Assembly: GCA_036785375.1 (NCBI GenBank)
Contig: JAWMAR010000070.1
Coordinates: 4,030,001 to 4,094,000, forward strand
Reading direction: 5' to 3'
Length of the DNA: 64,000 nucleotides
DNA from: Leucoraja ocellata
Taxonomy: Eukaryota
The notes under the pieces were generated by a model that was not told the DNA's origin, searched no databases, and worked only from the letters and a program-made list of their open reading frames with translations. Both the position numbers and the translations under genes were made by a program. Positions 35,801 through 48,616 of this stretch are shown here, piece after piece (position 1 is the stretch's first letter; the number at the start of each line of letters is the position of its first letter).

Positions 35801-38800
35801 ACCAGCCCCTCATCCACAATCTTCTCAGAGTTGACAATCCAAGTGCCTCCACTATCTAAGCTTAAAAATACATCTTGCTCAGATACCCTCCAAATATTCT
35901 ACTCCTTAACCCAACCCTATGTTCTCCACATCTTCGTACATCTGCTGTGCTGATTTCCCACAGAATACCCTATCTATGTTCCTCGTAGCTTTACACACCG
36001 GTAATAGGTCCCCCCTTCTTTTCCTATATGGATTAAAATCCCCATCTATCCAGCCTTCTTCGAACTGTAATGTTTCATCCCAGGCACTATCCCTCGCATG
36101 AAATCACCTCATTTAGTTTGGTTTAGAAATCCAGGTGGAAGCAACTGCCTTTAACCGGTGCACCAATTCCATCCTACTCACTAGGGACAATTTACAGAAG
36201 GCAGTTAACCTCAAAACCTGCACGTCTTTAGAATGTGGGAGAAAACCGGAGCATTTGAATAAAACCCACGCGGTCACAGGGAGAACATACGAACTCTGTG
36301 CAGATTGTACCCGTAGTCAGGATTGAACCCGGGTCTCTGGCGCTGCAAGGCAGCAACTCTACCGCTGTGCCGCCCTAATGTCGGCGACCTGAGTTCTACC
36401 TGAGTTGTGCAAGCATCTCCCATTTGCTGCAAATTACACTGGAGAAACATTGCCCTGTCTATTAAATATATAAACGCCTTACATCGGACAAGCATGCTCT
36501 CTTCTTCAACTGCAAGTGAAAATCAGTGAAACTGATTTATATTTCCTTGTTCCAACAGGACTTGAATATTCTTGTGAAACTTCGAAAGGATCCAATGATT
36601 CATCAAGGTAAAATACTCTGTGTCCAATGAAAGGTGCCATGTACTAATTGCTGGTGTTTTGATTGGGATTGCTTCAATTGGGAGAAAGTTGGTTCCTCCG
36701 TTCACTGGCATTAAAGGCCCATGAGATTATTGATCTGAATGCACAGACACAGCCAGTGGAACCACAGCCTCACAACGCCAAGACCCTGAACTTAGGTGCC
36801 ATCTATGTGCGTTCTGCAAATTTCGCCTTTCATTGTGTTGGAAGGAACTGCAGATGCTGGTTTAAACTGAATATAGATACAAACAACTGGAGTAACTCGT
36901 CGGGTCAGACAGCGTCTCTGGAGAAAAGGTATAGGTGACGTTTTAGGTTGAGATCCCTCTTCAGATTGAGAGTCAGGGGAAAGGGAAACGAGAGCGATAT
37001 CGACGGTGATATAGAAAGATATAAAACATTGAATGAAAGATATGCAACAAAAGTAACGATGATGAATGAAACGATCCATAGTTAGCTGTGGGCTAGGTGA
37101 AAACGAGTTGTACAGACAATGAAACACTACAAGACAACAGTGAAATTCGTACAATGACTAGGGTGGGGGAGGGACGGAGAGAGAGGGGATGCAAGGGTGA
37201 TTTGAAGTTATAGAAATCAATATTCATGCTGCTTGGCTGTAAGATGCCCAAGCGAAATGTGTGGTGCTGTTCCTCCAAGTTCCATTTGGCCTCATTCTGG
37301 CAATGGAGAAAGCCCAGAATAGAACAGTCAGTGTAGGAATAGGGGGGGGGGGGGGGAGTTAAATAGTTTAGCAACTGGGAGATCATATAGTCCCAGGCGG
37401 ACTGAGCGTATGTGTTCAGTGAAACGATCGTCCAGTCACCATTTTGTCTTGCTGATGTGGAGGGGCGGTCCCACCAGCATGCGACCTACATGCGGCAAGC
37501 GCGACCAAACTGGACGCGGGGGCTGCGCGGAGGTCGAGTGAGTGACGTGAAGTTCGAGCGAAGTCCGCGGGCAGTTCGCGCGTGACGTACGGCGTCAAGT
37601 ATCTAACCCTCTCTTGTTAGATAGAGCTCTAGGGGCTGGTGGAATCAAGGGATATGGGGAGAAGGCAGGCAGGGGTTATTGATTGGGGACGATCAGCCAT
37701 TATCACAATGTATGGCGGAGCTGACTCAAAGGGCCGAATGGCATCCTCCTGCACCTATTTTCCATGTTTCCATGTTTCTATAGGGCGTTCTCTGTGGTTT
37801 CACCATGAGTTCTCCATCACTAACCTCATCCCATGGTGTGAGATGAGCATAGTTGCCAAACACAACTATTGCTGCGTTGCCTTGCTGTGACCTGCTCTGG
37901 TGTGGTACTGATAGGAAAATGCATAGTGAATTATGGGCTAAAACACCAACTTGCGGAGTTTGTCAAAGTCTCAATGTCAGTCACTCCAACAGCAGGAAGT
38001 GTCTCCACCTAGAACGTGACCCTGTGTGGTAGGCACGTTAGGTCACACTGCTGACCTTGAGATGGTCAAGGTGAGCCGCCTTCTGGATATGTTGTAGATG
38101 TTCCATATTCCAGACAGCCCTAAACGAACAGTCACTGTCCAAACCAATGTTGGTGGAGATGGAGATGTAAATGGCATTGGGGTGAGATTTGTTGAAAGAA
38201 GTGCATTGTTTTCTCTTTGGCATAGTGTTCTCTCCGCCGAGGTTGGAACAGGGTTGTAGAACCGTGTTCACAAAGTGGTGGTTTCAAGGATAGCTGCAAA
38301 TATTAGGGTAAATCGGGTACCACACCTTTGCAGTACTGGGGGAGGGTAGCGTGCTATCTGTCAGATATGAAAACTGCAATAACTGTGGCATGGTGGGACA
38401 GCGATGTAGTTGCTGCCTTACTGCCCCAGAGATTGTGATCGATCCTGACTACGGTTGCTGCTTGTACAGAGTTTGTTCGTTCTCTCAGTGACCACGTGGG
38501 TGTTCTCCAGATGTTCCCGTTTTTTCCCGCATTCCAAAGACGTGCAGGTTTGTAGGTTAATTGGCTTCTGTAAATTGTCTCTAATGTTTCGGGTAGATAT
38601 AATATATGGTGATTGCTGGTCGACGCAGATTTGGTGGTCGGAAAGTCCTGTTTCCATGTTGTATCTTTAAAATAAAATAAATTAAACTAACTTAAACTAA
38701 ACTAAACTAAACCAAACTCAGCTGAACTCAACTCAACTAATCATTGCTATAAAAGTGTAACATTTCCCATGCATTTTTAGTGAAGGAGAAGGGAGGGTTC

Positions 38801-41800
38801 CTTAATGGTTGGACCCAATTGCTCTTCAACCAGTTGCACGATCGTTGGTCAATGTCACCTTACTGTGAGCAGATTAGCTGCTGCATTGCCCACTGAAACA
38901 GACTCTACACCTCATTTCCTTTGCTGCACACTTCATAAAAATCATGAAAGGTGCCATATAAATGTTTGACTTTTGTTCTTTACTGAAGGCCAAGAATCAA
39001 TGATGAGCCATGTCTCACCCTTCCCTATTTTCTGTCCAACAGGATCATTTACATAGTTGCGTCTGGTGTCACTGTGCTTTTCCTGATTCTCATCATTGCC
39101 TTCTTTTGGTACCAAAAGCGTAAAACCAAGGGTGAGTTTCTGATTTATCTTAAATAATTTCAAAATACATGTCTCAGCTCCTTACAGAATGTCAAGAGAT
39201 TTTATCCTGTTCTAATCAACAAATGCCCTGCATTAAAGTAATAAAGAGTAGGAGGAAGCATGAATGATCAATAATGCTATCATGTTTGATGCTATCATGG
39301 TGACTCGGTGACATAAAATGTTATTTTAACATAATTGTACAGAAACTGAGTGTGAAATAGCAGAGATGCATGAGAACTAAGAGGTTAGGTAGAAGTAAGA
39401 TTTACATAGATACTCTCATCCTCTCAGCTGTTAGAATATGCTTTTGTGTTTTGCTATTGTATTTCGAATCAGGTTAAGTCGTGCTAATTGTCAAATGAAC
39501 AAGCACGTTGAAGTACAGTTACAATGAAGATCACGCCTGCAGCCTCACAGGGACATAGAAAACGTACGACATACCTGCATCACACAGAGGGCGGTGGGTA
39601 TATGGCAGGAGCTGCCAGAGGAGGTAGTTGAGGCCGGGCAAGTCTAGCCTGGGCAGGTAATCCAAGATGTGAACGCCCATGAACTTGAAGCTGCCAACTA
39701 TCTCCGCTGCCGATGAAAACTTGAAGGCTCACAGAGCTGAAATCAGGGATAGTATCAAAACAAAAGAATAAGCATACCAAGTAGCCAGAAAAAGCAGCAT
39801 ACAAGAGGAGAGGGAGAAATTCAGAGTCCACAGAGGAGGACAAAGGGCTTAATTAGGAAAGGGAAAATAGATTATGAAAGAAAACTGGCAGGGAACATAA
39901 AAACTGACCGCAAAAGTGTTTATAGATATGTGAAGAGAAAAAGATTAGTTAAAACAAATGTAGGTCCCTTGCAGTCAGAAACAGGTGAATTGATCATGGG
40001 GAACAAGGACATGGCAGACCAATTGAATAACTACTTTGGTTCTGTCTTCACTAAGGAAGACATAAATAATCTGCCGGAAATAGCAGGGGACCAGAGGTCA
40101 AATGGGATGGAGGAACTGAGTGAAATCCAGATTAGCCGGGAAGTGGTGTTTGGTAAATTGAATGGATTAAAGGCCGATAAATTCCCTGGGCAAGATAGGA
40201 GGCTGCATGCCAGAGTACTTAAGGAAGTAGCCCAAGAAATTGTGGATGCATTAGTGATAATTTTTCAAAACTCTTTAGATTCTGGAGTAGTTACTGAGGA
40301 TTGGAGGGTAGCTAATGTAACCCCACTTTTTAAAAAGAGAGCGAGAGAGAAAACGGGGAATTACAGACCAGTTAGTCTAACATCCGGATGAGGCCCAGGA
40401 CAGAATAGTTAGTGTGGGAATGGGAGGTGGAGTTAAAGTGTTGAGCAACAGGGAGACCAGGTAGGTTTAGGTAGCTTTAGGGTGGAATGGGTAGAGCACA
40501 GGGAATATGATCCATTCTGAACATTACGTAGAGTAACCAGAACAAGAGGGCATACACTTACTCTGTACGTGCAAATATACTGAAGTACTTTTGGGGTTCT
40601 CCTAAATATAAAGTCTTGCACAAAACATGTAGATGTTTGTGTGTTGGAAGGAACTGCACATGGTGGCTAATACTGAAGATAAACATTAAATGCTCTAGCA
40701 ATTAGCGGGTCAGAAGCGACATTTTGCCAGCAGCGCAACAGAAAATCATCAAATATAGTAGTTCTCAGCTTAGCTGGATAAAATAAACAGATTGAGTATG
40801 TGTGTATGTGTATATATACACACTGAACTTTTTTTTCTCTCCCGTTATGTACTATGTTTACATATTCTATTGTGCTGCAGCAAGTAAGATTGTCATTGTT
40901 CTATCTGGGACATATGACAATAAAACTCCCTTGATTCTTGAAAAGGAACAGGTGACGTTTCGAGTCGAGACCCTTCTTCAGACTGAGAGTCAGGGGAAAG
41001 GGGAACACGAGATATAGAAGGTACATGGAACACATGAATGGAATATATGAATGAATGATGTTTAAACCTGTTCCTGATATGGCTCTATCGACAATATATT
41101 TTCCAGAATCCAAGTACAATACATCACACGATGAAGACAACGATGAAACCCAGGTAACAATGTGAAATATACATTTTCTGAGTGATGAAGAATATATAAT
41201 ATTGAATTATCTGTGTTTACACAGGCCGTTTAGCAACACCAGTCCACTCCAGTTGAGAGATCCAGCGCAGAAACACGCCCTTTGGCCCACCGAGCCCACG
41301 CCGACGGGTGACCTCGCACACGAACACTTTCCTACACACACTAGGGGAAATTTGCAATTAAACCAAACCAATTAACCTAAAATACAAACCTGTTGTAGGC
41401 GCTGTCAGGCAGCAACTCTACCGCTGCTCCACCGTGCTGCGCTATCTTTGTGTTGTAAACAGCAGCCATGGCTTGTTCTGTACACTGAACAGTTTGAGAC
41501 CTACTTTGTAATAGACATCTGTTGAGGACCTGTCAAATCTATTAGGTTGTAAAATGGGATTTTGTTATATTTCAGGAAATTGCAGTGTTGGAAGGGAACC
41601 ACGTTGATTCAAATCTGGAAAACAACAGGGCAGGTGACCATTTGGATAACAATGAAGGTGGAATCACGTATGCAGTGGTGAATTGTCAAAGGAAGTCAAG
41701 ATCAATGCAGCATGCGGCTGAAAACGCTGTCGTGTACGCAGATGTCAATTTTCACAGCAACTGCCCAAAGGGCATTCGGAAACACCACTCTACTGTGACT

Positions 41801-41842
41801 CCAGAGAACACTGAGTCAATCTATGCCTCTGTCGTTTCTTAG
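26789..41842 (+). CDS. Gene C (complete, 589 aa): MDIR/CD300-like receptor L-V-C2-V-C2-stalk-TM-ITIM tail, inhibitory type
   Basis: Exons 26789-26825, 29134-29454, 30562-30882, 32102-32419, 34974-35294, 36559-36607, 39043-39131, 41107-41153, 41576-41842 sum to 1770 nt in one open frame. Confidence 0.8.
27881..28035. other. Assembly gap (155 N)
   Basis: N run. Confidence 1.
28036..28842 (-). mobile_element. L2-clade LINE 3' fragment, interrupted by a further insertion at ~28312-28590
   Basis: Paralogous to 52340-52880, which reads HITPILTQLHWLPV..YKILLLTFKAL. Confidence 0.7.
29134..29454 (+). CDS. Gene C V1 exon
   Basis: Paralogue of 12627-12947; 321 nt. Confidence 0.9.
30562..30882 (+). 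CDS. Gene C C2a exon
   Basis: Paralogue of 15379-15699; 321 nt. Confidence 0.88.
32102..32419 (+). CDS. Gene C V3 exon
   Basis: YWCSGTSRQC..DTGWYRCG; 318 nt. Confidence 0.9.
33122..34052 (+). mobile_element. L1-clade LINE 3' end with TSD (degenerate left copy 33108-33121, right 34053-34066)
   Basis: ORF2 C-terminus AKKRILKFWK..PT...W...LE..F..W.PF, T-rich 3'UTR, AATAAA; site is empty in genes A/B. Confidence 0.78.
33633..33846 (+). mobile_element. Solo LTR, 214 bp, nested in the L1 3'UTR
   Basis: TG...CA ends, 4-bp TSD ACGG (33629-33632 / 33847-33850), internal TATAAAAG and ATTAAA; absent from the gene E copy. Confidence 0.85.
34974..35294 (+). CDS. Gene C C2b exon
   Basis: Paralogue of 1717-2037; 321 nt. 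Confidence 0.88.
36559..36607 (+). CDS. Gene C stalk exon 1 (GLEYSCETSKGSNDSS)
   Basis: 49 nt, phase 1-2; EYSCE conserved while flanks diverge. Confidence 0.72.
36838..37460 (-). mobile_element. Penelope-like element 3' portion
   Basis: Minus strand SILGFLHCQNEAKWNLEEQHHTFRLG..QP and terminal repeat. Confidence 0.65.
39043..39131 (+). CDS. Gene C uncharged TM exon (IIYIVASGVTVLFLILIIAFFWYQKRKTK)
   Basis: Strong polypyrimidine tract..aacag|, AAGG|gtgagt; phase 2-1; basic stop-transfer residues. Confidence 0.85.
39720..40385 (+). mobile_element. CR1 ORF2 fragment
   Basis: LNNYFGSVFTKED..EDWRVANVTPLFKK..GNYRPVSLTS. Confidence 0.88.
41107..41153 (+). CDS. Gene C cytoplasmic exon 1 (ESKYNTSHDEDNDETQ)
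   Basis: ttttccag| ... CAG|gtaaca; phase 1-0 bridges the TM and last exons exactly. Confidence 0.7.
41576..41842 (+). CDS. Gene C terminal exon with three ITIM-type motifs
   Basis: ITYAVV (41663-41680), VVYADV (41729-41746), SIYASV (41816-41833); tttcag| phase-0 acceptor. Confidence 0.88.
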   Translation, partial: EIAVLEGNHVDSNLENNRAGDHLDNNEGGITYAVVNCQRKSRSMQHAAENAVVYADVNFHSNCPKGIRKHHSTVTPENTESIYASVVS

Positions 41843-44344
41843 GGGAGATTTTTAATTCGGTGTGAGTTTTTGGCAACACTTGCTTTACCACTCTGTTCAG
41901 ATTACATTGCTTTAATATGTCCTATACGTTTTCAATGATGAACACAAAATGCTGGAGTAACTCAACAGGTCAGGCAGCATCTCTGGAGAAAATAGACAGG
42001 TGATGTTTGAAGTTGGGACCCATGTTCAGATGGTCTGTAGAAAGGTCCTGACCCAAAATGTTACCCATCAATTTTCACCAGAGATATTTCTTGACCATGT
42101 GAGTTACTCCAGCATTTTGGGTTCGTCTTTGGATAAACCGGCATCTTTTTATAGCTTTAGTTTGTCAAACACCTTCTGAGCGGTTTCGTTCAATTCATCA
42201 TGAATAAGGGGTGATGGGGAGAAGGCAGGGGAGTGGTGTTAGGAGGGAGAGGTAAATCAGCGACGATTCAATGGTGGAGTAGCCTTGATGGGTCAAATTG
42301 TCTGCTCCTATCACTAATGACCTTACGAATTACACTCACGTGTACGATCTCTTTCATCCGCTAGTATAATGAGTGAGCCTAGATCATGCATTGGTTCCCA
42401 TTCGTGTCATATCCACCCTCATTCCCCCCACCCAAAAATTCCCCAACCCTCCCATCATCATTCCTTGGAAGGGTCAGCCTAAACACATCACACCCCATTG
42501 TCTCTGGGCCAAAATATTGTGGGTTCAAGTCCGTAAAAGGGCAATGGATCAAGCAAGAAATGGATTCAAGTGGATAGTGGGCCAAAGCAGATAAGCCCAA
42601 GATGAAGCAGAAGTAAGTTCAATTGGAAATGCTACAGCACGTCTTCTCAACTCTAGAGGAGGTACTCTGTTCGAAATATACAAAGTTCTTACAGAGCAGG
42701 AGAGTGCAGGTGAAGGGATTAGGTTTTCCATGGCTCGCACTGAGGAGGGGTAATTTGGGCCAAAGGGCCTGTTTCTTCGTTGTATGGATCAATGACTCGA
42801 ATACAATCTAGCCTGGGAACAATTGTTTCTTAAATATTAAAGGATTCACGGAAATAAAACTAGTACTGGATATTGACATGATAAAAGATAAGCTATGATT
42901 TTAATGCATCGTGTAGTGGTGGGGCCTGACATATTTGTTCATTAAGTTGATCACCCAACAATACATATTAAGTTGTTTTGAACACATTTCCAGTCAATGT
43001 ACAAACACATCAAAGGCCATCGTGCGATGGAAAGAAATGTTGTGGTCTGCGTCAAATGTGTGAGCTGCATCTTGCTGTGGTCAACGTGCTTCCTGTTAAT
43101 ATGAGCAGTTGAGCAAAACAAAAAAAAAACACTTCAGTGGGTCAAGCAACACCTCTGAATGGAAATGGGCAGATGTCATTTCAGGTCAGGACCCTACTTC
43201 AGATAGGTGTTACTTTTCTCAGAATATGACTGTCGCTGAAACCCACAAACATACAATATGCATAGGTTAGTAAGTTTTTAGTGCAGAATTAGAACTTTCG
43301 GCCATTCAAGTCTACTCCACAATTCAATCATGGCTGATCTATCTTTCCCTCCCATCCCCATTCTCCTGCCTTCTAGCCCCTGACATCCACACTGATCAGG
43401 AATTGTCAATCTCTGTCTCAGATATATCCATTGGATTGGCTTCCACAACCGTCTGTTAAAATAAATTCCACAGATTCACCAGACGAAAGAAATTTGGCCC
43501 ATATCACTGTTAATCTATCCTGTCCAGGTTCCCTCAGGTTGCTATTAAATCTGCCCCCCTCACCTTAAACCCATGTCCTCTGGTTCTTAAACTATGTCCT
43601 CTGGTCCTCAAACATTCAGCAAGAACATGTAGAGTATAAAAATGTTAGCTCAGGGAGAGCACCTCACCCTGGCAGGTCAGTGGGTTTCATATAGAACACA
43701 GTGGCACAGCGGTAGAGTTGCTGTCTTACAGTGCCGTAGACCCAAGTTTGATGCTGACCTCGGGTGCTGTCTGTATGGAGTTTGTACATTCCCCCTGTGT
43801 CAGCAAGAGTTTTCACTGGGTGCTCCAATTTCCTCCCACGCTCCAAAGACATACAGGTTTGTAGGTTAATTTGCACACTAAAGTGTATACCGGTGAACAC
43901 TGGTTGGCGCGGTCAAGGTGGGCCGAAGAACCCGTTTCCATGCTGTATCCATAAAATGTTCTTGTCAATTGCGCTCAGCAGAAGGAGATGGATAATGGTC
44001 TTGTCCAGGGCACATCTGCCTTGTGGAACTCCGTGGTTGTGCAACACACGCAACGCTAATAGGATCTGACTGGGCAGCCCTTCACACCAACTTGATGGGG
44101 CTCTTAAAGATAGCAGAGTTAGGGGATATGGGGAGAAGGTAGGAACATGGTACTGATTGGGGATGATCAGCCATGATCGCATTGTATGGCGGTGCTGGCT
44201 CGAAGGGCGAAAGGTCTACTCCTACACATATTGTCTTTTGTTTATAACACCCAAGGAAGGATGTTCACAGTCGGCTTGCAAAACCATCAGGGAGGAAGTA
44301 CCATAGACTTAAGTCAGTAGTTTGCTTGCCGGTTTGTAAACATG

Positions 44345-44790
44345 TGCTGATGAGGATGGGGGTTTAAGAGTCAATGTGCACATAACAGATTGCTTGTTGC
44401 ACGTGGTGAGCCTGCTTTACTTACTTAGAATTGCTAACTAATGAATGGTTTTGCAGAACTGCAAAAGGTATTGTGACTAAAAAGTGAAGAGTCCCGATAC
44501 CAAGTTGTACTGCAGAGAAAAACACATCTGTTCTAAACAATCAGAACCGGTGCAGAAATGTGTTGATTGTGTGATTAGCTAGACCCGTGCTACTCATGTA
44601 TAAGTATACTGCCTGTGCAAAGAATAATTGAGTGGGACCGCGAGGGCAACTGTAATGTAACCAAACTCGTGGACGCTCTCCCATTCCCGCATGCGTAATA
44701 AAGAGGAATTGTTACATTCTTAAAGTGACCAATGGGGTTTGTTGTTTGATAGCGCGGATAGAAATTTAACATTGGCGTAGTCGGCAGGAT
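44345..44790 (+). mobile_element. LTR (5' boundary uncertain) ending ..TTAACA at 44771, followed by a tRNA-Ser primer-binding site at 44773-44790
   Basis: TGGCGTAGTCGGCAGGAT is the reverse complement of the vertebrate tRNA-Ser(AGA/TGA) 3' end; AATAAA at 44697. Confidence 0.75.
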
Positions 44791-46539
44791 CTCACTGGGA
44801 CCATCTCCTTCGACTGAGTAAGCGGCTGCTGTCTGGCCGGTACCTCGAGGGGAGTGAAAAGTGCACTAACGGATCCATTAAGTCTGAACTCCCGATAGAG
44901 TTCCCAGGAAACCCCTCGACTGAGGATATTCTGGTTCCTTGCCGAGATCCACAAGAGTCAGAGGTAAGAGAAACATCGTTATAATCGACAAAGGGTAGGT
45001 TAATTGAACATTCAGACGAAGAAGAGTGTAAATTAAGATAATAATTGAACATTCCCATCGTAATTCCTTGCAAGCGTCTGTCTAAGCACACCACAACTCA
45101 TTGTCTTTGGGTCAAAATATTGTGGGTACAAGTCCGTAAAGGGGCAATGGGTCAAGCAAGAACATGGGTTCAAGTGGATAGTGGACTAAGGCAGATAAGC
45201 CCAAGATGTAAAATAATCCTCAAGCCTGGGTAAGGGGTCTCACTGAAACTTGATCTAGACTGGATTTTACCTGCCTCAGTGACCAGTTGCAAAGAAAATG
45301 ACCCTAAGTGAGCCCATCCCTAGATACTGCACAGCCAAGTGGAGATGGAGGGGAGTAATGTAGCGTGGAACTGCAGAAATATTCACAGATTGTATAGCCT
45401 ATTAGAAGGCAACAAGTGAGTCAAGTGTGTTTTATTGTCATGCAGTATGTACTTGCAGCACCACAACAGAGTAATATACATGAATTCCTTTATATTTTCT
45501 ACTCACTGAGAATGCAAGGTAAAGTTAGGGAAGGAAGGTAATGCAGATGTGGTTGTGTAAAAGGCAATGAATGTTTTGTATCTGAGGGCATCTTCCCCAT
45601 GACATGTGTAAACAAAGTTGGCCAATTCGTAATAAAACATTTTTTTCTGAAAACAAGCCCGGAGTCCACGTGAAAATTTCCCGTCTACAACGTCCCTCCC
45701 CAGTACATGAGCACATGACCTACGAGCACCTCAGTGCCAACTGGTAGAGTACATCACTGCCTGAACTGCAAATTTCTGGGTGAGATCCTAAACCAAGAAG
45801 GTTCAACTGTCATGACCACAGAAACCCTTCCAAAAATTACAATTTCTGTAGGAGAAGAAAGTTCGATTTGGAAATTCTGGTCTTAGCAGCATTGCTACAG
45901 GACCTCTTCTCAACTATAGCGGTACTTTGTTCAAAATATGCAAAGTTCTTACTGAGCAGGAGAGTGCAGGTGAAGGGATGAGGTTTTCCTTGGCTCAATT
46001 GTCCAGACGCAGTGAGGAGGGGTAAGTTTGGCCGAAGGGCCTGTTCCTGCATTCTATGACTCCAATGCAATCTAGCCTGGGAACAATTGTTTTTTAGATA
46101 TTACGGGATTTATGGAAATATAAATAGTACTGGATATTGATATGAAGGATAAGCTATGAGTTTAATGCATAGTGTAGTTATGAAGGCCTGAATGGGGCCT
46201 GACATATTTGTACATTAATTTGTGCACCCTACAATACACATTTATTTGTTTTTAACACATTTCCAGTCAATGTACAAACACATCAAAGGCCAACGTGTGA
46301 TGGAAATAACTATTGTGGCCTGAGTCAAATGTGTGAGCAGCATATTGCTGTGGTCAACGTGCTTCCTGTTAATATGAGCAGTTGAGCAAAACAAAAAAAA
46401 CCCCACTATAGTGGGTCAAACATCATCTCTGAAACGAGATGGGCAAGCGACATTTCAGGTCAGGAACTTACTTCGGGCTGGTGTTACTTTTCTCAGAATA
46501 TGACTGCAGCAGAAACCCACAAACCATCAATGTTCATAA

Positions 46540-46755
46540 CCTCACAAAAATGCTGGAGAAGCTCAGCGGGTGCAGCAGCATCTATGGAGCGAAGGAAATA
46601 GGCAACGTTTCGGGCCTAAACCCTTCTTCAGACTGATCTGAATAAACCCTTCTTCAGACTGATCTGAAGAAGGGTTTTGGCCCGAAAAGTTGCCTATTTT
46701 CTTTGCTCCATAGATACTGCCGCACCCATTGAGTTTCTCCAGCATTTTTGAGTAC
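46540..46755. repeat. Imperfect palindrome of Penelope-type terminal repeats
   Basis: caaaaatgctggagaagctcagcgggtgc.. vs ..gcacccattgagtttctccagcatttttg, with CTGAAGA cores on both strands. Confidence 0.75.
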
Positions 46756-48616
46756 CTCCGATTTTCCAGCATCTGCAATTCCTTCTTAAACACAATGTTT
46801 ATAGGTTCATAAGTTCTAAGTGCAGAATTTGGCCTTTCGGCGCATCAACTCTACTCCGCCATTCAATCGTGGCTGATCTACATTCACCTCCATTTACCTG
46901 CCTTCTCCCCATAGCCCCTGACTCCCACACTAATCAGGAATCTGCCAATCTCTGCCTAAAAAATATCCATCGAATAGGCTTCCACAGTTGCTTGTTGAAA
47001 TAAATTCCACAAACTCCCCACCCTCTGACTAAAGACATTTGGCTCATATCTCTGTAAACCTATCATGTTCAGCTTCCCTCAGGTTCCTATTAAATCTTTT
47101 CCCCTCACCTTAAACATATGTCCTCTGGTTCTCAAGAATTCAGCAAGAACATGCAGAGTATAAGAATGTTTAAGAAGGAACTGCAGATGCTGGAAAATAT
47201 GAAGATATAAGAATGTTAGCTCAGGGGGAACACATTGCCCTGGCAAGTCAGTAGGTGGAACAAAGTGGTACAGCTGTAGTGTTGCTGTCTAACAGCGCCT
47301 GAGACCCAGGTTCAATGCTGATCTCGGCTGCTGTCTATATGGAGTTTGTACGTTCTCATTGTGTCCGCGTGGGTTTTCTCGCGGTGTTCCGGTTTCCTCC
47401 CACACACCAAAGTCAGACAGGTTTGTAGGTTAAATTGCACAGTAAATTGTATCCGGGGTGAACACTGGTTGGCGCAGATTCGGTGAGCCGAAGAGCCTGT
47501 TTCCATGTTGTATCTATAACGTTTCCTTGCCAATTGCACACTGCAGAAGTAGATGGATAACAGTTTTGTCCAGAGCACAGCTGCCTTGTGGAGCTCTGTG
47601 GTTGTGCAACAAAACGCAACGAAAAAAGTATCTGACCGGGGAGCCCTTATCACCAACACACAAGAAAGGGTGTTCACAGTCGGCTTGCAAAACCATCGGG
47701 GAGGAAGTACCATAGACGTAACTCTGCACTTAGCTTGCCGGTTTGCAAGCATGCAGCTCCCATGCTGCTAACCAGGGTTCAATCCGTGTTCTTGCCTGCA
47801 AGGAAAGTTGAAAGATATCTGAGACAATCACACATTGGCACAACAGGTAGAGCCGCTGCCTCACAGCATCCGAGTCCCGGGTTCGATCCTGACCTTGGGT
47901 GCTGTCTGTATGGAGTTTGTACGGTCTGCTTGTGTACGCATGGGTTTCATGATCATGGCAGGATTAAAAACAATTTCACGATCATGGCAGGATTAAAAAC
48001 TTATTAATTTGTGTGAATCTCTGGAGGAACCTGAATAATCTCTCAAAATTAAAGTGAATCGGCCTCCCCGTCACTCCATAAAGTAAACCCGTTACTTTTG
48101 TCAAAGTGAGTTTTGAAATGTAGCTCCCAGTAGGTGTGGAGACGGGGAAGTCCAGAAGCGAGTGTGAATGGTTTACATCAGCGAGGCCAAGCAAAGCCTA
48201 GGCCACAGTTTCGCTGAACACTTGTGCTCGTCTGTCATGACCCAGAATCGCGCTTGATAGACACCCCATCCTCAACCTCCCCCGCTGATGCAGAGCAGCA
48301 GCAGTTTGCACCATCTGCACGATGCACTGCAGCAACTCACCAAGACTCCCTAGACAGCGCCTTCCAATTGCAACAGGCTCCATTTTCAATGCATCATTTT
48401 TCACCATTCACACCCACATTGGCTGGGGAGCGCTTTGGAAGCAGGTGGTAAGGGACGGTGTACAGTATCTGTCGCTCATCGCAATCTAGGTGGAATTCAA
48501 CACAGGTTACGAAAATGATTGGGCGGATTCCCCTGTACACATTGATGTATACTATAATGTATATATTTGTGAAAGGTTAATTTTGCTCTTCAATTGATGA
48601 AATATGTTTCCTTCAG

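Larger units (their letters stand above)
42450..47750. repeat. Older diverged duplication: ~42450-44345 vs ~45055-47750
   Basis: Colinear shared blocks (e.g. aaaatattgtggg..gcagataagcccaagatg; tgttcacagtcggcttgcaaaaccatc). Confidence 0.75.

Noticed and set aside
37465-37600. CpG-rich patch resembling a promoter island
   Set aside because: Only ~135 bp and wedged between repeat fragments; more likely a DNA-transposon/MITE end, not assignable by eye
39343-39380. Alternative cytoplasmic exon just after the gene C TM (ETECEIAEMHEN*)
   Set aside because: Weak polypyrimidine tract; the 41107 exon gives an exact phase bridge to the ITIM exon. Cannot be fully excluded without cDNA.
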